Part shown: positions 19,774-30,164 of the stretch, one piece after another
Layout: every line of letters starts with the position of its first letter
Position numbering within the stretch: position 1 is the first letter of the stretch
Origin: a virus
Direction: 5' to 3' (one strand)
Virus record (IMG/VR): IMGVR_UViG_3300025133_000063
Span: 1-64,000 of that record
DNA length: 64,000 bases
The notes under the pieces: generated by a model
What the model was told of the DNA's origin: nothing
The model's database searches: none
Seen by the model: only the letters and a program-made list of their open reading frames with translations
Translations under genes and position numbers: made by a program

Positions 19774-20459
19774 CATTCTTTCATTTCACCTGGAAAACCT
19801 TGACTGACCTTATATGTTATAATATTTGGTCCACCTTTATATTCGTCACACAGTTGATGAATGGCTTCAACATTTAAATCATTGTCGTCATAAAAATATA
19901 CTGTTTTCGGATTTAGCGCGTCGATATATCGCCGAACAATTCTTGCTTTAGCAGCAGGATCACTATCACCAACAGGAAAAACTTGGCTTCCATCTATTTT
20001 GGCACCCGCAGATTTTAAAAAATCCGATATGTCATCCCTATTTGTTGGTGTAACTTTTCCAAAAGGCGATGTAAATTCACTATTACCTCTAGCGGTTACA
20101 ACAATTACTCGTGTGTTTTTAGTACTTTCGGCCTGTTTTAGAATTTTAATAATTTCTGGATTTTCTTTCGACGTCGATTGATTTACACCAGATGTATCTG
20201 AAAAGTCAAAATACTCAACTGTCTCATCACTTATTTCATCTGACGCAAATTTTTGGTATTTTGCGAAATCTTCCGACGTTAGATAATAATAAATTAAGTC
20301 ATCTGCTTTTTCTTCACTTACTGGAAATAAATCATGCTCAATTAGCCACTGTCGAAACAAAGTATCGTTTTGGTCTTTATGTGTTCTAGCTACACCAATT
20401 GTTGCAATTGTTTCAGCCAATGTATCGTCGAAATCAAAGACGAATAAGTAATCAGTCAT
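19770..20459 (-). CDS. HAD-superfamily hydrolase
   Basis: 'FDFDDTL', 'VVTAR', 'K', 'FYDD...N'. It is the only convincing minus-strand gene, with AAGGTG RBS and ATATTTA upstream on the minus strand. Confidence 0.85.
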   Translation of the reverse strand: MTDYLFVFDFDDTLAETIATIGVARTHKDQNDTLFRQWLIEHDLFPVSEEKADDLIYYYLTSEDFAKYQKFASDEISDETVEYFDFSDTSGVNQSTSKENPEIIKILKQAESTKNTRVIVVTARGNSEFTSPFGKVTPTNRDDISDFLKSAGAKIDGSQVFPVGDSDPAAKARIVRRYIDALNPKTVYFYDDNDLNVEAIHQLCDEYKGGPNIITYKVSQGFPGEMKEC

Positions 20460-20478
20460 ATGTACACCTTTTAATTAC

Positions 20479-20485
20479 TAAATAT
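20479..20485 (-). promoter_or_regulatory. ATATTTA motif, putative late promoter (representative minus-strand copy)
   Basis: Plus-strand copies lie in intergenic gaps at 4952, 14982, 16510, 18757, 35538, 46043, 47812, 50349 and 51520. Confidence 0.55.
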
Positions 20486-20504
20486 ATTATTCAAAGGAGA
20501 TATT

Positions 20505-20879
20505 ATGGATAACAAATTAGAAAATATGTTTATAACTCGTGAAGCTTTTATGCGAGCTATTTGTGATAAATACCCAAGCAGCTACCCTGATTGGCCTGTT
20601 GATGTAACAAAAAAGAGAAGCCAGAAGGCTCTGCGTGAAACTGCGCTAAAGGGCGTTGAAGAAATGTTTGAGGCATTACAGGAACTTAAAAACTGGAAAA
20701 CGCATAAAAAGAAAGGTTCATCAGATTTTAATCGCGATGATTTTTTAGAAGAGATGGTTGATGCGTTTAATTATTTTTTTGCGATGTTTATTATGCTTGG
20801 TGTAACACCTGACGAATTGTATGATGCTTATATGAATAAAAATAAGAAAATTCATTCAAGACTTATTGACGGTTATTAG
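20505..20879 (+). CDS. MazG-like all-alpha NTP pyrophosphatase (dUTPase/dCTPase)
   Basis: 'EEMFEA..ELKNWK', 'EEMVDAFNYF', 'Y..KNK..H.R...GY'. Confidence 0.8.
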   Translation: MDNKLENMFITREAFMRAICDKYPSSYPDWPVDVTKKRSQKALRETALKGVEEMFEALQELKNWKTHKKKGSSDFNRDDFLEEMVDAFNYFFAMFIMLGVTPDELYDAYMNKNKKIHSRLIDGY

Positions 20880-20890
20880 TAGATAAATTG

Positions 20891-20918
20891 TGAAAATACG
20901 TCATATACATGATATAAT
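20891..20918 (+). promoter_or_regulatory. TGAA-N18-TATAAT promoter of the dnaE operon
   Basis: TGAA at 20891 and TATAAT at 20913. Confidence 0.7.
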
Positions 20919-20955
20919 ATAAACATTGATAAACATAGTAGCTTAAAGGATATTC

Positions 20956-23900
20956 ATGGATATTAAGCCAGTCAAATTTGTAGGTCTTCATTCTCATTCG
21001 GGTTTTTCTACTTTCGATGGAATGGATCTACCTCAAAAGCATATTGATTTTGTTCGTTCAAATGGTATGAATGCCTGGGCGTTAACAGATCATGGTAACA
21101 TGAATGGTTATTGTCATGCGTACTTACATATGCAAAAAATTAATGCAGAAGATCCAGAGAATCAATTTAAGTTTATTCCTGGTTGTGAAATGTATGTTCA
21201 TCCAGATCTTGATGTTTGGAAACTTGATTACGAAATTCAACGTGCTATCAAGGCAAATGACGAAGAAAAACGCTTGCAATTAGTTTCTCAACGAGCCGAG
21301 ATTGCTGGTCCAGTTTTCGAAATTCAACGTGAGCATAAACAAGAACATGAAGTAAATGATGAAGATGCTTCAATGACTGTTGAAAATGAAGATGAAACAA
21401 AGTCATCAAAATTTTATAATCCGATTAAGCGCCGTCATCATATGGTTGTTTTACCCAAGACATCTGTCGGTCTTAAGAGACTTTTTGGACTTGTTTCAAA
21501 AGGCTATCTTGAAGGCTTTTATCGTTTTCCTCGTGTAGATTATAAAATGATAAAGGAAGCTGCCAAAGGTGGTCATATTATTGTGACATCTGCTTGTATT
21601 GGCGGCCCGTTGGCATATGAAATATTTAAACACTTTCAAGGTGTTGAATTTGAAGATTTAAAACCAGAGCTTTTAGATGATAGCGACGTTTTTAAGCGGG
21701 TGCTTCATAGTGTTGGTCTTGGATATTCTGCAATAGCAAATACTGTTGGTGAGGAAAATTTTTATCTTGAGCTACAATTTAATAAGTTAAACGCACAACA
21801 CTTAGTCAACCGCGTTCTTTTGGCATTTGCTGAACAGGAGGGTTTACAGAGTAAGCTAATTGTTACTACTGATTCTCATTATTCTCAACCAGAATTATGG
21901 CGTGAAAGAGAATTATATAAGAAGCTTGGGTGGCTAAATTATAAGGACTTTGATCCGGATAAATTGCCAAAATCAAAAGATGAACTTAAGTGTGAATTGT
22001 TTCCAAAAAATGCACAACAAGTTTGGAATACTTATCTTGACACAAAACAAACCCGATCTTTTTATAATGATCAAATTATTTGTGATGCAATTGAAAGAAC
22101 ATATGATATTGCACATGATGTAATTCAAGATATTAGGCCAGACACAACGATGAAGTTGCCATCGTATGTTTGTCCAGAGGGTAAAACAGACAATCAGGCG
22201 TTATTGGAATTATGCGTTAAAGGTCTTCATAGAAAAGGTTTGCTTAAAGATAAAGAATATGTCGATCGCCTAAAGTATGAATTAAAGGTAATTGCTGATA
22301 AGGATTTTTCTCGTTATTTCTTGACAATGTTTGCAGTTGTAGAAGTGGCTCGAAGAAAGATGACTGTTGGGGCCGGCCGTGGATCTGCTGCCGGTTCATT
22401 AGTTGCGTTTGTTCTTCGATTAACAAATATTGATCCACTAAAGTATGATTTAATGTTTGAGCGGTTTTTGAATCCGTCACGTAAAGGAGCACCAGATATC
22501 GATACTGACATTGCTGATCGTGATCTTCTGATAACAATGCTTAAAGAAGAATTTGGCGACTTAAATGTTATTCCAATTTCCAACTATAATACATTTAAAT
22601 TGAAGAGCTTGGTTAAAGATGTATCTCGTTTTTATGGAATCGACTACTCTGAGGTTAACGCTTCGTTAAAGACAGTTGAGAATGATGTTAAACGAAAGGT
22701 TATGAATCGAGGGCAAGATAAAAACCTGTTTGTACTAAAGTATTCTGACGCTATAAAACATAGTCCAACATTCAAAAAGTTTATCGATAAATATCCAGAT
22801 GTTGGTCAATCTATTGAAGGTTTGTTTCAGCAAAATAAAGCTCTTGGTAGACATGCTGGTGGTGTTATTGTCGCGGAAGATATTCCGGAACAAATGCCTG
22901 TTATTATGGCCCGTGGCGAGCCACAGACTCCTTGGGTCGAAGGTATGCAATATAAACATCTTGAAAGCTTTGGGTGGATCAAGCTTGATCTACTTGGTCT
23001 TGAGACACTCCGATTAATTGAACGAACTGCTGAATTGATCCTCAGGCGTCATCATGGAATTGAAAACCCGACATTTCCAGAAATTAGAGACTGGATTGAA
23101 GAAAATTTAGATCCAAGTATTCTTGATCTTGACGATCAAAAAGTATACAAGTATGTTTATGAAGACGGTCACTTTGCTGGTGTGTTTCAATTAACTTCTG
23201 GCGGTGCACAAAAATTGTTTAAAAAAGCAAAACCAAAGAGCATTATTGATATTGCAACATTGACATCAATTTATAGACCAGGTCCTTTAAGTGCAAAAGT
23301 TGATAAATTGTACGTTGAGGCAAAAAATAATCCTGAAGATATCGACTATGGTCATCCGCTAATAGAAAGCGTGTTAAAAGAAACATATGGTCTAATAGTA
23401 TTTCAGGAATCTATTATGAAATTATGCAGTGTTGTAGGTGGTTTTCCAGAAAAGGAAACCGATTCAATACGTCGTAATATTATGAAAAGAACCGGTGCAA
23501 AACAAGCCGAGACTTTGGCCGCGGCCGTCGCTGCTAAGAAAAGTTTCGTTGCTGGTGCCATGAAAAATGGTGTTGATAGACAATTGGCTGATGATCTTTA
23601 TGAAAAGGTCTTGTTCTTCTCTGGTTATGGCTTTAATAAGAGCCATGCGGTGTCATATGCCGTTGATTCATATCAATGTGCATGGTTACATACCTATTAT
23701 GAAGAAGAGTGGCTCTGCGCCTATCTTGAAGCTATGTCAAGTAATGATAAGAAGCGTGCCCGGGCTTTTGCCGACGTTAAAAAAATGGGATATACAATTG
23801 TTCCCTTAGACATAAATTACGCTGAGAAAACGTGGACAATTTTGCCAGGTAAAAAGTTTATGCCTTCGTTTTTATCGTGTAAAGGAATTGGTGAAGCCGC

Positions 23901-24615
23901 TATTGATGAGCTAATTAAAATTAGAAAAACAGCAGGAGCACCATTTAACACTATACAAGATATGCTTTGGAATGAAGATGGTGAATGGAGATTTTCAAAG
24001 TTTAATAAACGAGCTATAGAGGGATTAATATCTATTAAGGCATTTGCTTCGATGGACGTAGTTGGGCAAGATAAAACTTTTGCATCATACAAGCATATGC
24101 ATAATGTCTTGGTTGAAAATAATACACTCATTAAACGCCGCTTAAAGTCAAAGCCAAAAATTGGTCAACAAAATTTTCAAGAGTTATGTCAAGCAAAAAT
24201 GCTTATTGACGATGCCGATTCTATAACCCAACACGAATGGGACGAATGGACTCCTCGCGAAGTTGCTGAGCGTAGTGTTAAGTGTCTCGGATCATTTTCT
24301 GCACAACAACTACTTGATAGTAGTGAAATTGAATTTTTGGAAAAATCAGGTTATACACCTCTAGATGAAGTAAAAAAGAAAAGTAAATACTGGTTTATTG
24401 TTTGTGATACCGTGCCTAAGCTTACAAAGAATGGAAAACCTTATCTTATCGTCACGGCTACAGGCCTTTCCGGAGCTCGTCATCGAATGTTTTGCTGGGG
24501 TTGGAATGGTAGACAAAAAATAGAACCATATTCATTATGTGTTTCAAAGGTTGGTCCAAGTGATTTTGGGCTACAAACCTCAATGCGCGATTTTGAAAAT
24601 TTAAGTGAACAATAG
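20956..24615 (+). CDS. dnaE: DNA polymerase III alpha subunit
   Basis: PHP 'LHSHS.FS..DG', 'ALTDHG', 'TDSHY'; 'GRGSAAGS', 'PDIDTD', 'KLDLLGL', 'YGFNKSHA'. Confidence 0.95.
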   Translation: MDIKPVKFVGLHSHSGFSTFDGMDLPQKHIDFVRSNGMNAWALTDHGNMNGYCHAYLHMQKINAEDPENQFKFIPGCEMYVHPDLDVWKLDYEIQRAIKANDEEKRLQLVSQRAEIAGPVFEIQREHKQEHEVNDEDASMTVENEDETKSSKFYNPIKRRHHMVVLPKTSVGLKRLFGLVSKGYLEGFYRFPRVDYKMIKEAAKGGHIIVTSACIGGPLAYEIFKHFQGVEFEDLKPELLDDSDVFKRVLHSVGLGYSAIANTVGEENFYLELQFNKLNAQHLVNRVLLAFAEQEGLQSKLIVTTDSHYSQPELWRERELYKKLGWLNYKDFDPDKLPKSKDELKCELFPKNAQQVWNTYLDTKQTRSFYNDQIICDAIERTYDIAHDVIQDIRPDTTMKLPSYVCPEGKTDNQALLELCVKGLHRKGLLKDKEYVDRLKYELKVIADKDFSRYFLTMFAVVEVARRKMTVGAGRGSAAGSLVAFVLRLTNIDPLKYDLMFERFLNPSRKGAPDIDTDIADRDLLITMLKEEFGDLNVIPISNYNTFKLKSLVKDVSRFYGIDYSEVNASLKTVENDVKRKVMNRGQDKNLFVLKYSDAIKHSPTFKKFIDKYPDVGQSIEGLFQQNKALGRHAGGVIVAEDIPEQMPVIMARGEPQTPWVEGMQYKHLESFGWIKLDLLGLETLRLIERTAELILRRHHGIENPTFPEIRDWIEENLDPSILDLDDQKVYKYVYEDGHFAGVFQLTSGGAQKLFKKAKPKSIIDIATLTSIYRPGPLSAKVDKLYVEAKNNPEDIDYGHPLIESVLKETYGLIVFQESIMKLCSVVGGFPEKETDSIRRNIMKRTGAKQAETLAAAVAAKKSFVAGAMKNGVDRQLADDLYEKVLFFSGYGFNKSHAVSYAVDSYQCAWLHTYYEEEWLCAYLEAMSSNDKKRARAFADVKKMGYTIVPLDINYAEKTWTILPGKKFMPSFLSCKGIGEAAIDELIKIRKTAGAPFNTIQDMLWNEDGEWRFSKFNKRAIEGLISIKAFASMDVVGQDKTFASYKHMHNVLVENNTLIKRRLKSKPKIGQQNFQELCQAKMLIDDADSITQHEWDEWTPREVAERSVKCLGSFSAQQLLDSSEIEFLEKSGYTPLDEVKKKSKYWFIVCDTVPKLTKNGKPYLIVTATGLSGARHRMFCWGWNGRQKIEPYSLCVSKVGPSDFGLQTSMRDFENLSEQ

Positions 24616-24627
24616 GAAAAGTATTAA

Positions 24628-25656
24628 ATGCATATTGGAACATTTACAGATTTTACGACTTGTTACTTGTCGTTAATTAAAAGTGTATATAACAACCCAC
24701 AATATATTTCAGCACCTCGTGGTCAAAAAATTAAAGAGGTGTTAGGTGCAACGTTTACAATTAGTGATGCAAGACAACGGTTACCATATGTTGTTGGTAG
24801 AAAATTTTCATTAACGTATTTAATTGCTGAATTAACATGGTATCTATCAGGTAATGATAAAACTGAATGGATATCGAAATACTCATCATTTTGGAAAAGC
24901 ATATCTGATGATGGTGTAACAGCAAATTCAGCATATGGTGCAAGACTATTTCAGCCCCATGATTCAATTGCAGAATCAAGGTTTACACAATGGGATTATG
25001 TTGTTGAAGAATTGCGCAAGGATCCTGATTCACGAAGAGCAATTATGCATCTTAGGGTACCAGCAGATAGTATTGATGCCAGATTAGACGTACCTTGTAC
25101 GTTAGCGCTTCAATTTTTTATTCGTGATAATAAATTACATCAAATTGCAACAATGCGCAGTTCGGACGTTATTTTTGGTATAGCGTATGACGTTCCAGCA
25201 TTTACAATGTTTCAAGAGATACTGGCTGCCGAAGTTGGGGTCGACGTTGGTAGTTATACACACGTAAGCAATTCGCTTCATATCTATGAACGTCATTTTG
25301 ATATGGCTGCCAGAATATTAAAGAGAGAGAATGTTGAAAGTTCAATGGCTTGGTCATATCGTCATTTACCCAATAAGGGTTTACGTTGTATGACAAATGC
25401 TACAAATTCTTTAAGTGGTTTACGAAATACAATTATTAATGATTTAATTGAATTTGAGACAATAATAACTAGTGAGATTAATTGTGACAAAATATTAGAG
25501 GCCACATACAATTTCCAGGCCCCAGGTTTTTGGAGGGATTATGCAATTATATTTGCGGCTAAAAGACTTAAAGAACTTAATTTACCAACACAATATAAGA
25601 ATTTAATGAAAAATTTAAGTAATAGTGATTATGATTTTTATGTAAGGAGACTTTAA
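24628..25656 (+). CDS. Thymidylate-synthase-fold enzyme, probable dCMP hydroxymethylase or other dCMP C5-modifying enzyme
   Basis: 'DSRRA', 'PCT', 'MRSSD..FG.AYD', 'SLHIYERH'. Asp occupies the position of the dUMP-specifying Asn. Confidence 0.75.
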   Translation: MHIGTFTDFTTCYLSLIKSVYNNPQYISAPRGQKIKEVLGATFTISDARQRLPYVVGRKFSLTYLIAELTWYLSGNDKTEWISKYSSFWKSISDDGVTANSAYGARLFQPHDSIAESRFTQWDYVVEELRKDPDSRRAIMHLRVPADSIDARLDVPCTLALQFFIRDNKLHQIATMRSSDVIFGIAYDVPAFTMFQEILAAEVGVDVGSYTHVSNSLHIYERHFDMAARILKRENVESSMAWSYRHLPNKGLRCMTNATNSLSGLRNTIINDLIEFETIITSEINCDKILEATYNFQAPGFWRDYAIIFAAKRLKELNLPTQYKNLMKNLSNSDYDFYVRRL

Positions 25657-26162
25657 TGCAAAATTTAATTATTTGGGAAGGTTGTGACGGCTGTGGCAAA
25701 ACCAATATAGCAGCAGCTGTTTCTGAAAAATTGGGTATTCCGGTTTACAAAAGTGGGCTTGAAGATCAAATGTTTTACGACAAGGATTCGCAATATTTGG
25801 TTCTTAAGCACGGGAATTATGAAATGATTAAATTACTTGATGTGGCAAACTCAAATATAATGTTTGATAGGTTCTTCCCTTCAGAATGGGTTTATTCACA
25901 GGTTTTTAATCGTCAACAGGGACTAGACATAGTTTTAGCCCTTGACGAATATTGGTCACGATTAGGTGGAAAAATTATTTGGCTTGATAAACCAAATATT
26001 GAAGAAAGTGATGAACTAGTTCCTAAAAGCAAATATAATGAAATACGTCAGAAATATAAAGAATATATGAATTTAACAAAATGTGACGTATTATATCTTG
26101 ATACAACTGATCGTAACTTAGAAAAGCAAGTTAATTTAATTAGCAAATTTATTATGGAGTAA
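25656..26162 (+). CDS. dNMP kinase (thymidylate-kinase-like)
   Basis: P-loop 'EGCDGCGKT' and 'FDRF..SE'. Confidence 0.85.
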   Translation: MQNLIIWEGCDGCGKTNIAAAVSEKLGIPVYKSGLEDQMFYDKDSQYLVLKHGNYEMIKLLDVANSNIMFDRFFPSEWVYSQVFNRQQGLDIVLALDEYWSRLGGKIIWLDKPNIEESDELVPKSKYNEIRQKYKEYMNLTKCDVLYLDTTDRNLEKQVNLISKFIME

Positions 26163-26165
26163 AAA

Positions 26166-27308
26166 ATGAATAGAATTTATTATTATGGTGTCGGTTCACT
26201 ACACAACAACGAGAGTTCCGTCGACGGCGGAAAGCACATTCGGTTACCTTTGGTTGAGGCGTTTAAGAAAAATGGTTTCGATGTTACATGGCTTGGGTTT
26301 GAAACTTCTGGTAATGTAAAAAACCACTATCTTGATCTTATCGGTCTTTATGCAGATGATTTTAATCATGATGTACGAGATCAAGTTGACAATCATTCAA
26401 GTCAATTTATGAATAGCGAAAAGACAGGTATTACAGACAGCGCTAAAAATCATATTAAAAATAACCCCGGAGTACTATTGGTTGAATTACGACCAAAACT
26501 TGATAAGCCAGGTTATAATTTTATGAACGAATACAATGTACAAATGGAATACGTGTATGAATTTCTAAATAATAATCTTCCAGTATTTATTTGGGATCAA
26601 GATGGCTGGTGTGATATGCTTCCAGACGACATTAAAGATGACGTTGTACTACTGAAGCCTTATACGGAGATGCTTGATTCAAGCTTTCCAAAGCAAGAAG
26701 ATTTTTTGTTTGGTTGGTTTAAACCACAATTTGATAATAAGTTAGCAACATTGGCAAAAAACAAAAAGTTTGATGTTGGCTATTGTGGTAATGTTTATGG
26801 CCGTCGTGATGATTTTTATGAATATTTTGGCCGTTTTGCAAAGACAGATAGAGCCGTAAATATTCAAGGGAATTGGCTTCGCAAGAAGTATGGTGATAGA
26901 GACTTTTCGTTAGATAATTTTCCAAACTTCATGTTTTTTGGTAGAACACCACACTGGTCAACACTACCAACTATTGCAATGAGTAAATCTGTTTTTCATT
27001 TTTCAAATCCACACCAGCAAAATATTGGTATGCCAACCGCTCGAGTCTTTGAGGCACTGATGGGTAAATCAACGTTGTTTTGTTCATCAAAGATTAAAAA
27101 TATTGATAGGTTTGTACCAGAAGAATTAATTGTCGAAACCGGTGATGAATTGTTTGAAAAATGGAATGCTATTGAATGCGATGGAAATTGGGAGCACTAT
27201 CGACAATTATTCGTTGATAAGCTAGCTGTTTATGAACATACATATGATTATAGGGCAAAGCAGTTTATCTCATATATTAATAAATATTTTGGTGGTAGAC
27301 AACAATGA
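26166..27308 (+). CDS. GT-B glycosyltransferase, T4 beta-glucosyltransferase/CgeB-like
   Basis: C-terminal 'YCGN..GR', 'IQGNW', 'FFGRTP', 'PTARVFEAL', 'HTY..RA'. Confidence 0.7.
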   Translation: MNRIYYYGVGSLHNNESSVDGGKHIRLPLVEAFKKNGFDVTWLGFETSGNVKNHYLDLIGLYADDFNHDVRDQVDNHSSQFMNSEKTGITDSAKNHIKNNPGVLLVELRPKLDKPGYNFMNEYNVQMEYVYEFLNNNLPVFIWDQDGWCDMLPDDIKDDVVLLKPYTEMLDSSFPKQEDFLFGWFKPQFDNKLATLAKNKKFDVGYCGNVYGRRDDFYEYFGRFAKTDRAVNIQGNWLRKKYGDRDFSLDNFPNFMFFGRTPHWSTLPTIAMSKSVFHFSNPHQQNIGMPTARVFEALMGKSTLFCSSKIKNIDRFVPEELIVETGDELFEKWNAIECDGNWEHYRQLFVDKLAVYEHTYDYRAKQFISYINKYFGGRQQ

Positions 27309-28309
27309 TTGCTGCGCCAACAATACCTCAGCGTGTATTAGTTACAGGTTGCTGTGGTTTCATCGGCGCGCATGTAGTAACAGCCCTTCTTGATAAAGGG
27401 TATATTGTTGATGGCATTGATAATATGTCAACAGCAAATTATGACTTTTTTGTTACAGAGCATACTAAAAGGTCAATTAGGGTGTTACCTACTGAGATGG
27501 GTTTTATTTGGGAAACCACGGCTGAGGAGCATGATAAATCTGATATTATTGTATTTGAAGGTGATTTTGTAGATCCATTTATTTTAAGGCGTATTATAAG
27601 CGATAAGTACGATGCCGTAATTCACTTGGCTGCCGAACCTCGAATAGAATATTCAATTAAATATCCAGTTAGTACTTACGAAAATAATTGTCAAAAGACA
27701 ACAGAGCTATTTCATGTTTGTGCAAATACAAACACAAGGGTTGTGTTTGCCTCCTCTGCTGCGGTCTATGGTAATACACCAACACCGTCGTTAGAGGCAG
27801 GCCTGTTAAAACCAGCATCACCTTATGCCATTCAGAAAAAACATTCTGAAGAGATTGGATTACTTTTTTCCGATTTATATGATTTACAGTTTGTAGCACT
27901 TAGGTTTTTTAACGTATATGGTCGTGGACAACTTGGTAATTCTTCATATTCGACAGTTATTGCTTCATGGCTTGATAAGCTAAAAAATAAATCTCCTCTG
28001 CGATTAGATGGTGATGGAGAACAAACAAGGGATTATATTAATGTACTAGATGTAGCACAAGCTTGTCTGACTGCAGTACAATATGAGAAATCAGACATAT
28101 TTAATATTGCATCTGGTGTATCAATATCAAACAATGACGTGCTTAATATATTGGCAACATATGTTGATATTGTTACTAAAAATGCACCGCCACGAATAGG
28201 TGATATTAAACATAGTCTTGCCAACATAGAAAAAGCCAATAAATGTCTTAAATTTAATTCACGAATAGATATTAATGCTGGTTTAAAAGAGCTAATATTA
28301 GCAAAATAG
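27305..28309 (+). CDS. NAD-dependent nucleotide-sugar epimerase/dehydratase
   Basis: 'TGCCGFIG', 'HLAA', 'SSAAVYG', 'PYAIQK' (YxxxK), 'RFFNVYG', 'GDGEQTRDY'. Confidence 0.92.
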   Translation: MIAAPTIPQRVLVTGCCGFIGAHVVTALLDKGYIVDGIDNMSTANYDFFVTEHTKRSIRVLPTEMGFIWETTAEEHDKSDIIVFEGDFVDPFILRRIISDKYDAVIHLAAEPRIEYSIKYPVSTYENNCQKTTELFHVCANTNTRVVFASSAAVYGNTPTPSLEAGLLKPASPYAIQKKHSEEIGLLFSDLYDLQFVALRFFNVYGRGQLGNSSYSTVIASWLDKLKNKSPLRLDGDGEQTRDYINVLDVAQACLTAVQYEKSDIFNIASGVSISNNDVLNILATYVDIVTKNAPPRIGDIKHSLANIEKANKCLKFNSRIDINAGLKELILAK

Positions 28310-28317
28310 GAATTTAA

Positions 28318-28707
28318 ATGGGTGATGGGTATAAAACGGTTTGGAGTACTACCTCAGACAATGTAACTAAAGACTGGGGTTCTGAAACCACAATAGGAAC
28401 ATTAAATACCATTAGGGCTAAAGTAATTTATATTGATTCTGGAAAGCAAACATCGCTGAAGTATTATACGAATAAAGATGAAATACTTTTTGTTCGAACC
28501 GGTAAAATTCTTGTTGAATTTGATTCTGAAAAATATCATTTTCAAGATAGATCTAAGCAATTAAAGACAACAACATTAGTTGCAGGTGATGTTTTATATG
28601 TTCAATCAATGTGCCCATATAGAATCAGCGCAGTAGAATATTCCGAAATTATTGAAATAGGCTCTGGTGGAAATTCTGAGGCAATAAGGATTACAAGGGA
28701 ATTTTAA
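28318..28707 (+). CDS. Cupin-fold protein with degenerate metal site
   Basis: 'K.WG.E', 'SLKYY..KDE', 'L..GD', 'PYRISA', 'IIEI'. Confidence 0.65.
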   Translation: MGDGYKTVWSTTSDNVTKDWGSETTIGTLNTIRAKVIYIDSGKQTSLKYYTNKDEILFVRTGKILVEFDSEKYHFQDRSKQLKTTTLVAGDVLYVQSMCPYRISAVEYSEIIEIGSGGNSEAIRITREF

Positions 28708-29696
28708 TGGGAAGACCTAATCCGAATGAAGTCGAAATAGTTTTATATCATGCAAACTGTAGTGATGGCTTCGGCGCAGCCTGGGCTGCATGGAAACTTC
28801 TTGGCTCAAAGGCAAAATATATTGCATGTAAGCATGGTACCTCACCACCAGATGTAACTGGAAAAAATGTAGCAATATGTGATTTTAGTTTTGATAATGT
28901 AACAACAAAACAAATGATTGAAGATGCAAACTCGCTTGTTATACTTGATCATCATAAATCTGCAGTTGTAGAATTGCATGATATATCAGAAGCTATATTC
29001 GACATGAATCATTCAGGTGCTGTAATTACTTGGAAATTTTTCCACCCTGGAAAAGAACCTCCAAGACTTTTGAATCTAATTGAAGATCGAGATCTTTGGA
29101 AATGGAAGATCTCTTATTCAAAAGAGTTTAGTGCGTATTTCGACATGGTTCCGTTTGAATTCGAAGAGTTTTCAAAATTTGAAGATGAATCAGTAATAGA
29201 AGCTGCAATGAAACAGGGCGCAATTATTTTGGCCTATTCTAAGACGGTTGTCAAAAAAATCGCAGATAAAGCAAAAAAGAGAGTGTTTAAAGGCAAAAAC
29301 GCGTATGTTGTAAACTCATCTCACTGGATGTCTGAAATCGGCTCACGACTTGCACCTGATTGCGATGTAGCCGTTATATGGTATTATGATCACGAGCAGC
29401 GAAATATTAAGGTAAGCCTAAGGGCTCATCATGACAATATAGACGTTTCAGAATTTGCAAAAGAATTTGGCGGTGGTGGCCATCCTAAGGCTGCTGGTTT
29501 TACTTTACCTGGTGATACTGTTGTCGATGATTTATTTGATGTTGTAGAAGAAAAAGTAGACACATCTGCCGCAAAAGAAGAACTTGAAAAGATTAAGGCA
29601 CAACTCGAAGAAGCTGGAGATGTCGAAAAAGCCGCAGCTATTGAAGCGGCAACTGTACTGCTGACAGGCGTATCAACCACTGATAAAGAAGATTAA
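28707..29696 (+). CDS. DHH/DHHA1 phosphoesterase
   Basis: 'YHANCSDG', 'LDHH', 'DRDLW', 'SLR', 'GGGGHPKAAG'. Confidence 0.9.
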   Translation: MGRPNPNEVEIVLYHANCSDGFGAAWAAWKLLGSKAKYIACKHGTSPPDVTGKNVAICDFSFDNVTTKQMIEDANSLVILDHHKSAVVELHDISEAIFDMNHSGAVITWKFFHPGKEPPRLLNLIEDRDLWKWKISYSKEFSAYFDMVPFEFEEFSKFEDESVIEAAMKQGAIILAYSKTVVKKIADKAKKRVFKGKNAYVVNSSHWMSEIGSRLAPDCDVAVIWYYDHEQRNIKVSLRAHHDNIDVSEFAKEFGGGGHPKAAGFTLPGDTVVDDLFDVVEEKVDTSAAKEELEKIKAQLEEAGDVEKAAAIEAATVLLTGVSTTDKED

Positions 29697-29714
29697 TTGT
29701 AAGAAAGATATAAA

Positions 29715-30164
29715 ATGTTGGACCTAAATAATATCACTGACCGTGAACGACAAAAAATAAATGTTTTTAAGAATGTTTGCGTTGAAATATCAACATTGTC
29801 ACATGATCCAAAACTTAAAGTTGGTACAATTATTATTACCGATGATTTTAGAGATGTCTGCGCAATTGGGTTGAACGGAAATTATACCGGCGGCCCAAAT
29901 TCTCGTGATTCTAATGAGGTAGGAATGTCTGGTTTTTTACATTCTGAGGAAAATGCTCTTTTTCACTTAAGCAAGCCATATGAGCTTCGTGATAATTTAA
30001 TAATGATTTGCACACATAAGCCATGCCCAATGTGTGCAAAAAGAATAGTAAATTCAGGTATAAAACGAATACTATATATAAATGAATATAACGCTCTTGG
30101 AACAGCAACCGATATTATATTCAAGCACAGCAACGTTTTTTGTTCAAGTATACACGATATCTGA
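29715..30164 (+). CDS. dCMP deaminase
   Basis: 'KVG', 'HSEENAL', 'PCPMC'. Confidence 0.9.
   Translation: MLDLNNITDRERQKINVFKNVCVEISTLSHDPKLKVGTIIITDDFRDVCAIGLNGNYTGGPNSRDSNEVGMSGFLHSEENALFHLSKPYELRDNLIMICTHKPCPMCAKRIVNSGIKRILYINEYNALGTATDIIFKHSNVFCSSIHDI

Noticed and set aside
7375-24615. Inteins or introns in recA, helicase, nrdJ and dnaE
   Set aside because: Lengths are normal, and no C...HN/C splice motifs or LAGLIDADG blocks were seen.
24628-25656. Ordinary thymidylate synthase thyA
   Set aside because: Asp replaces the dUMP-specifying Asn, and the gene neighbourhood is a kinase and a glycosyltransferase. The symbol was withheld.
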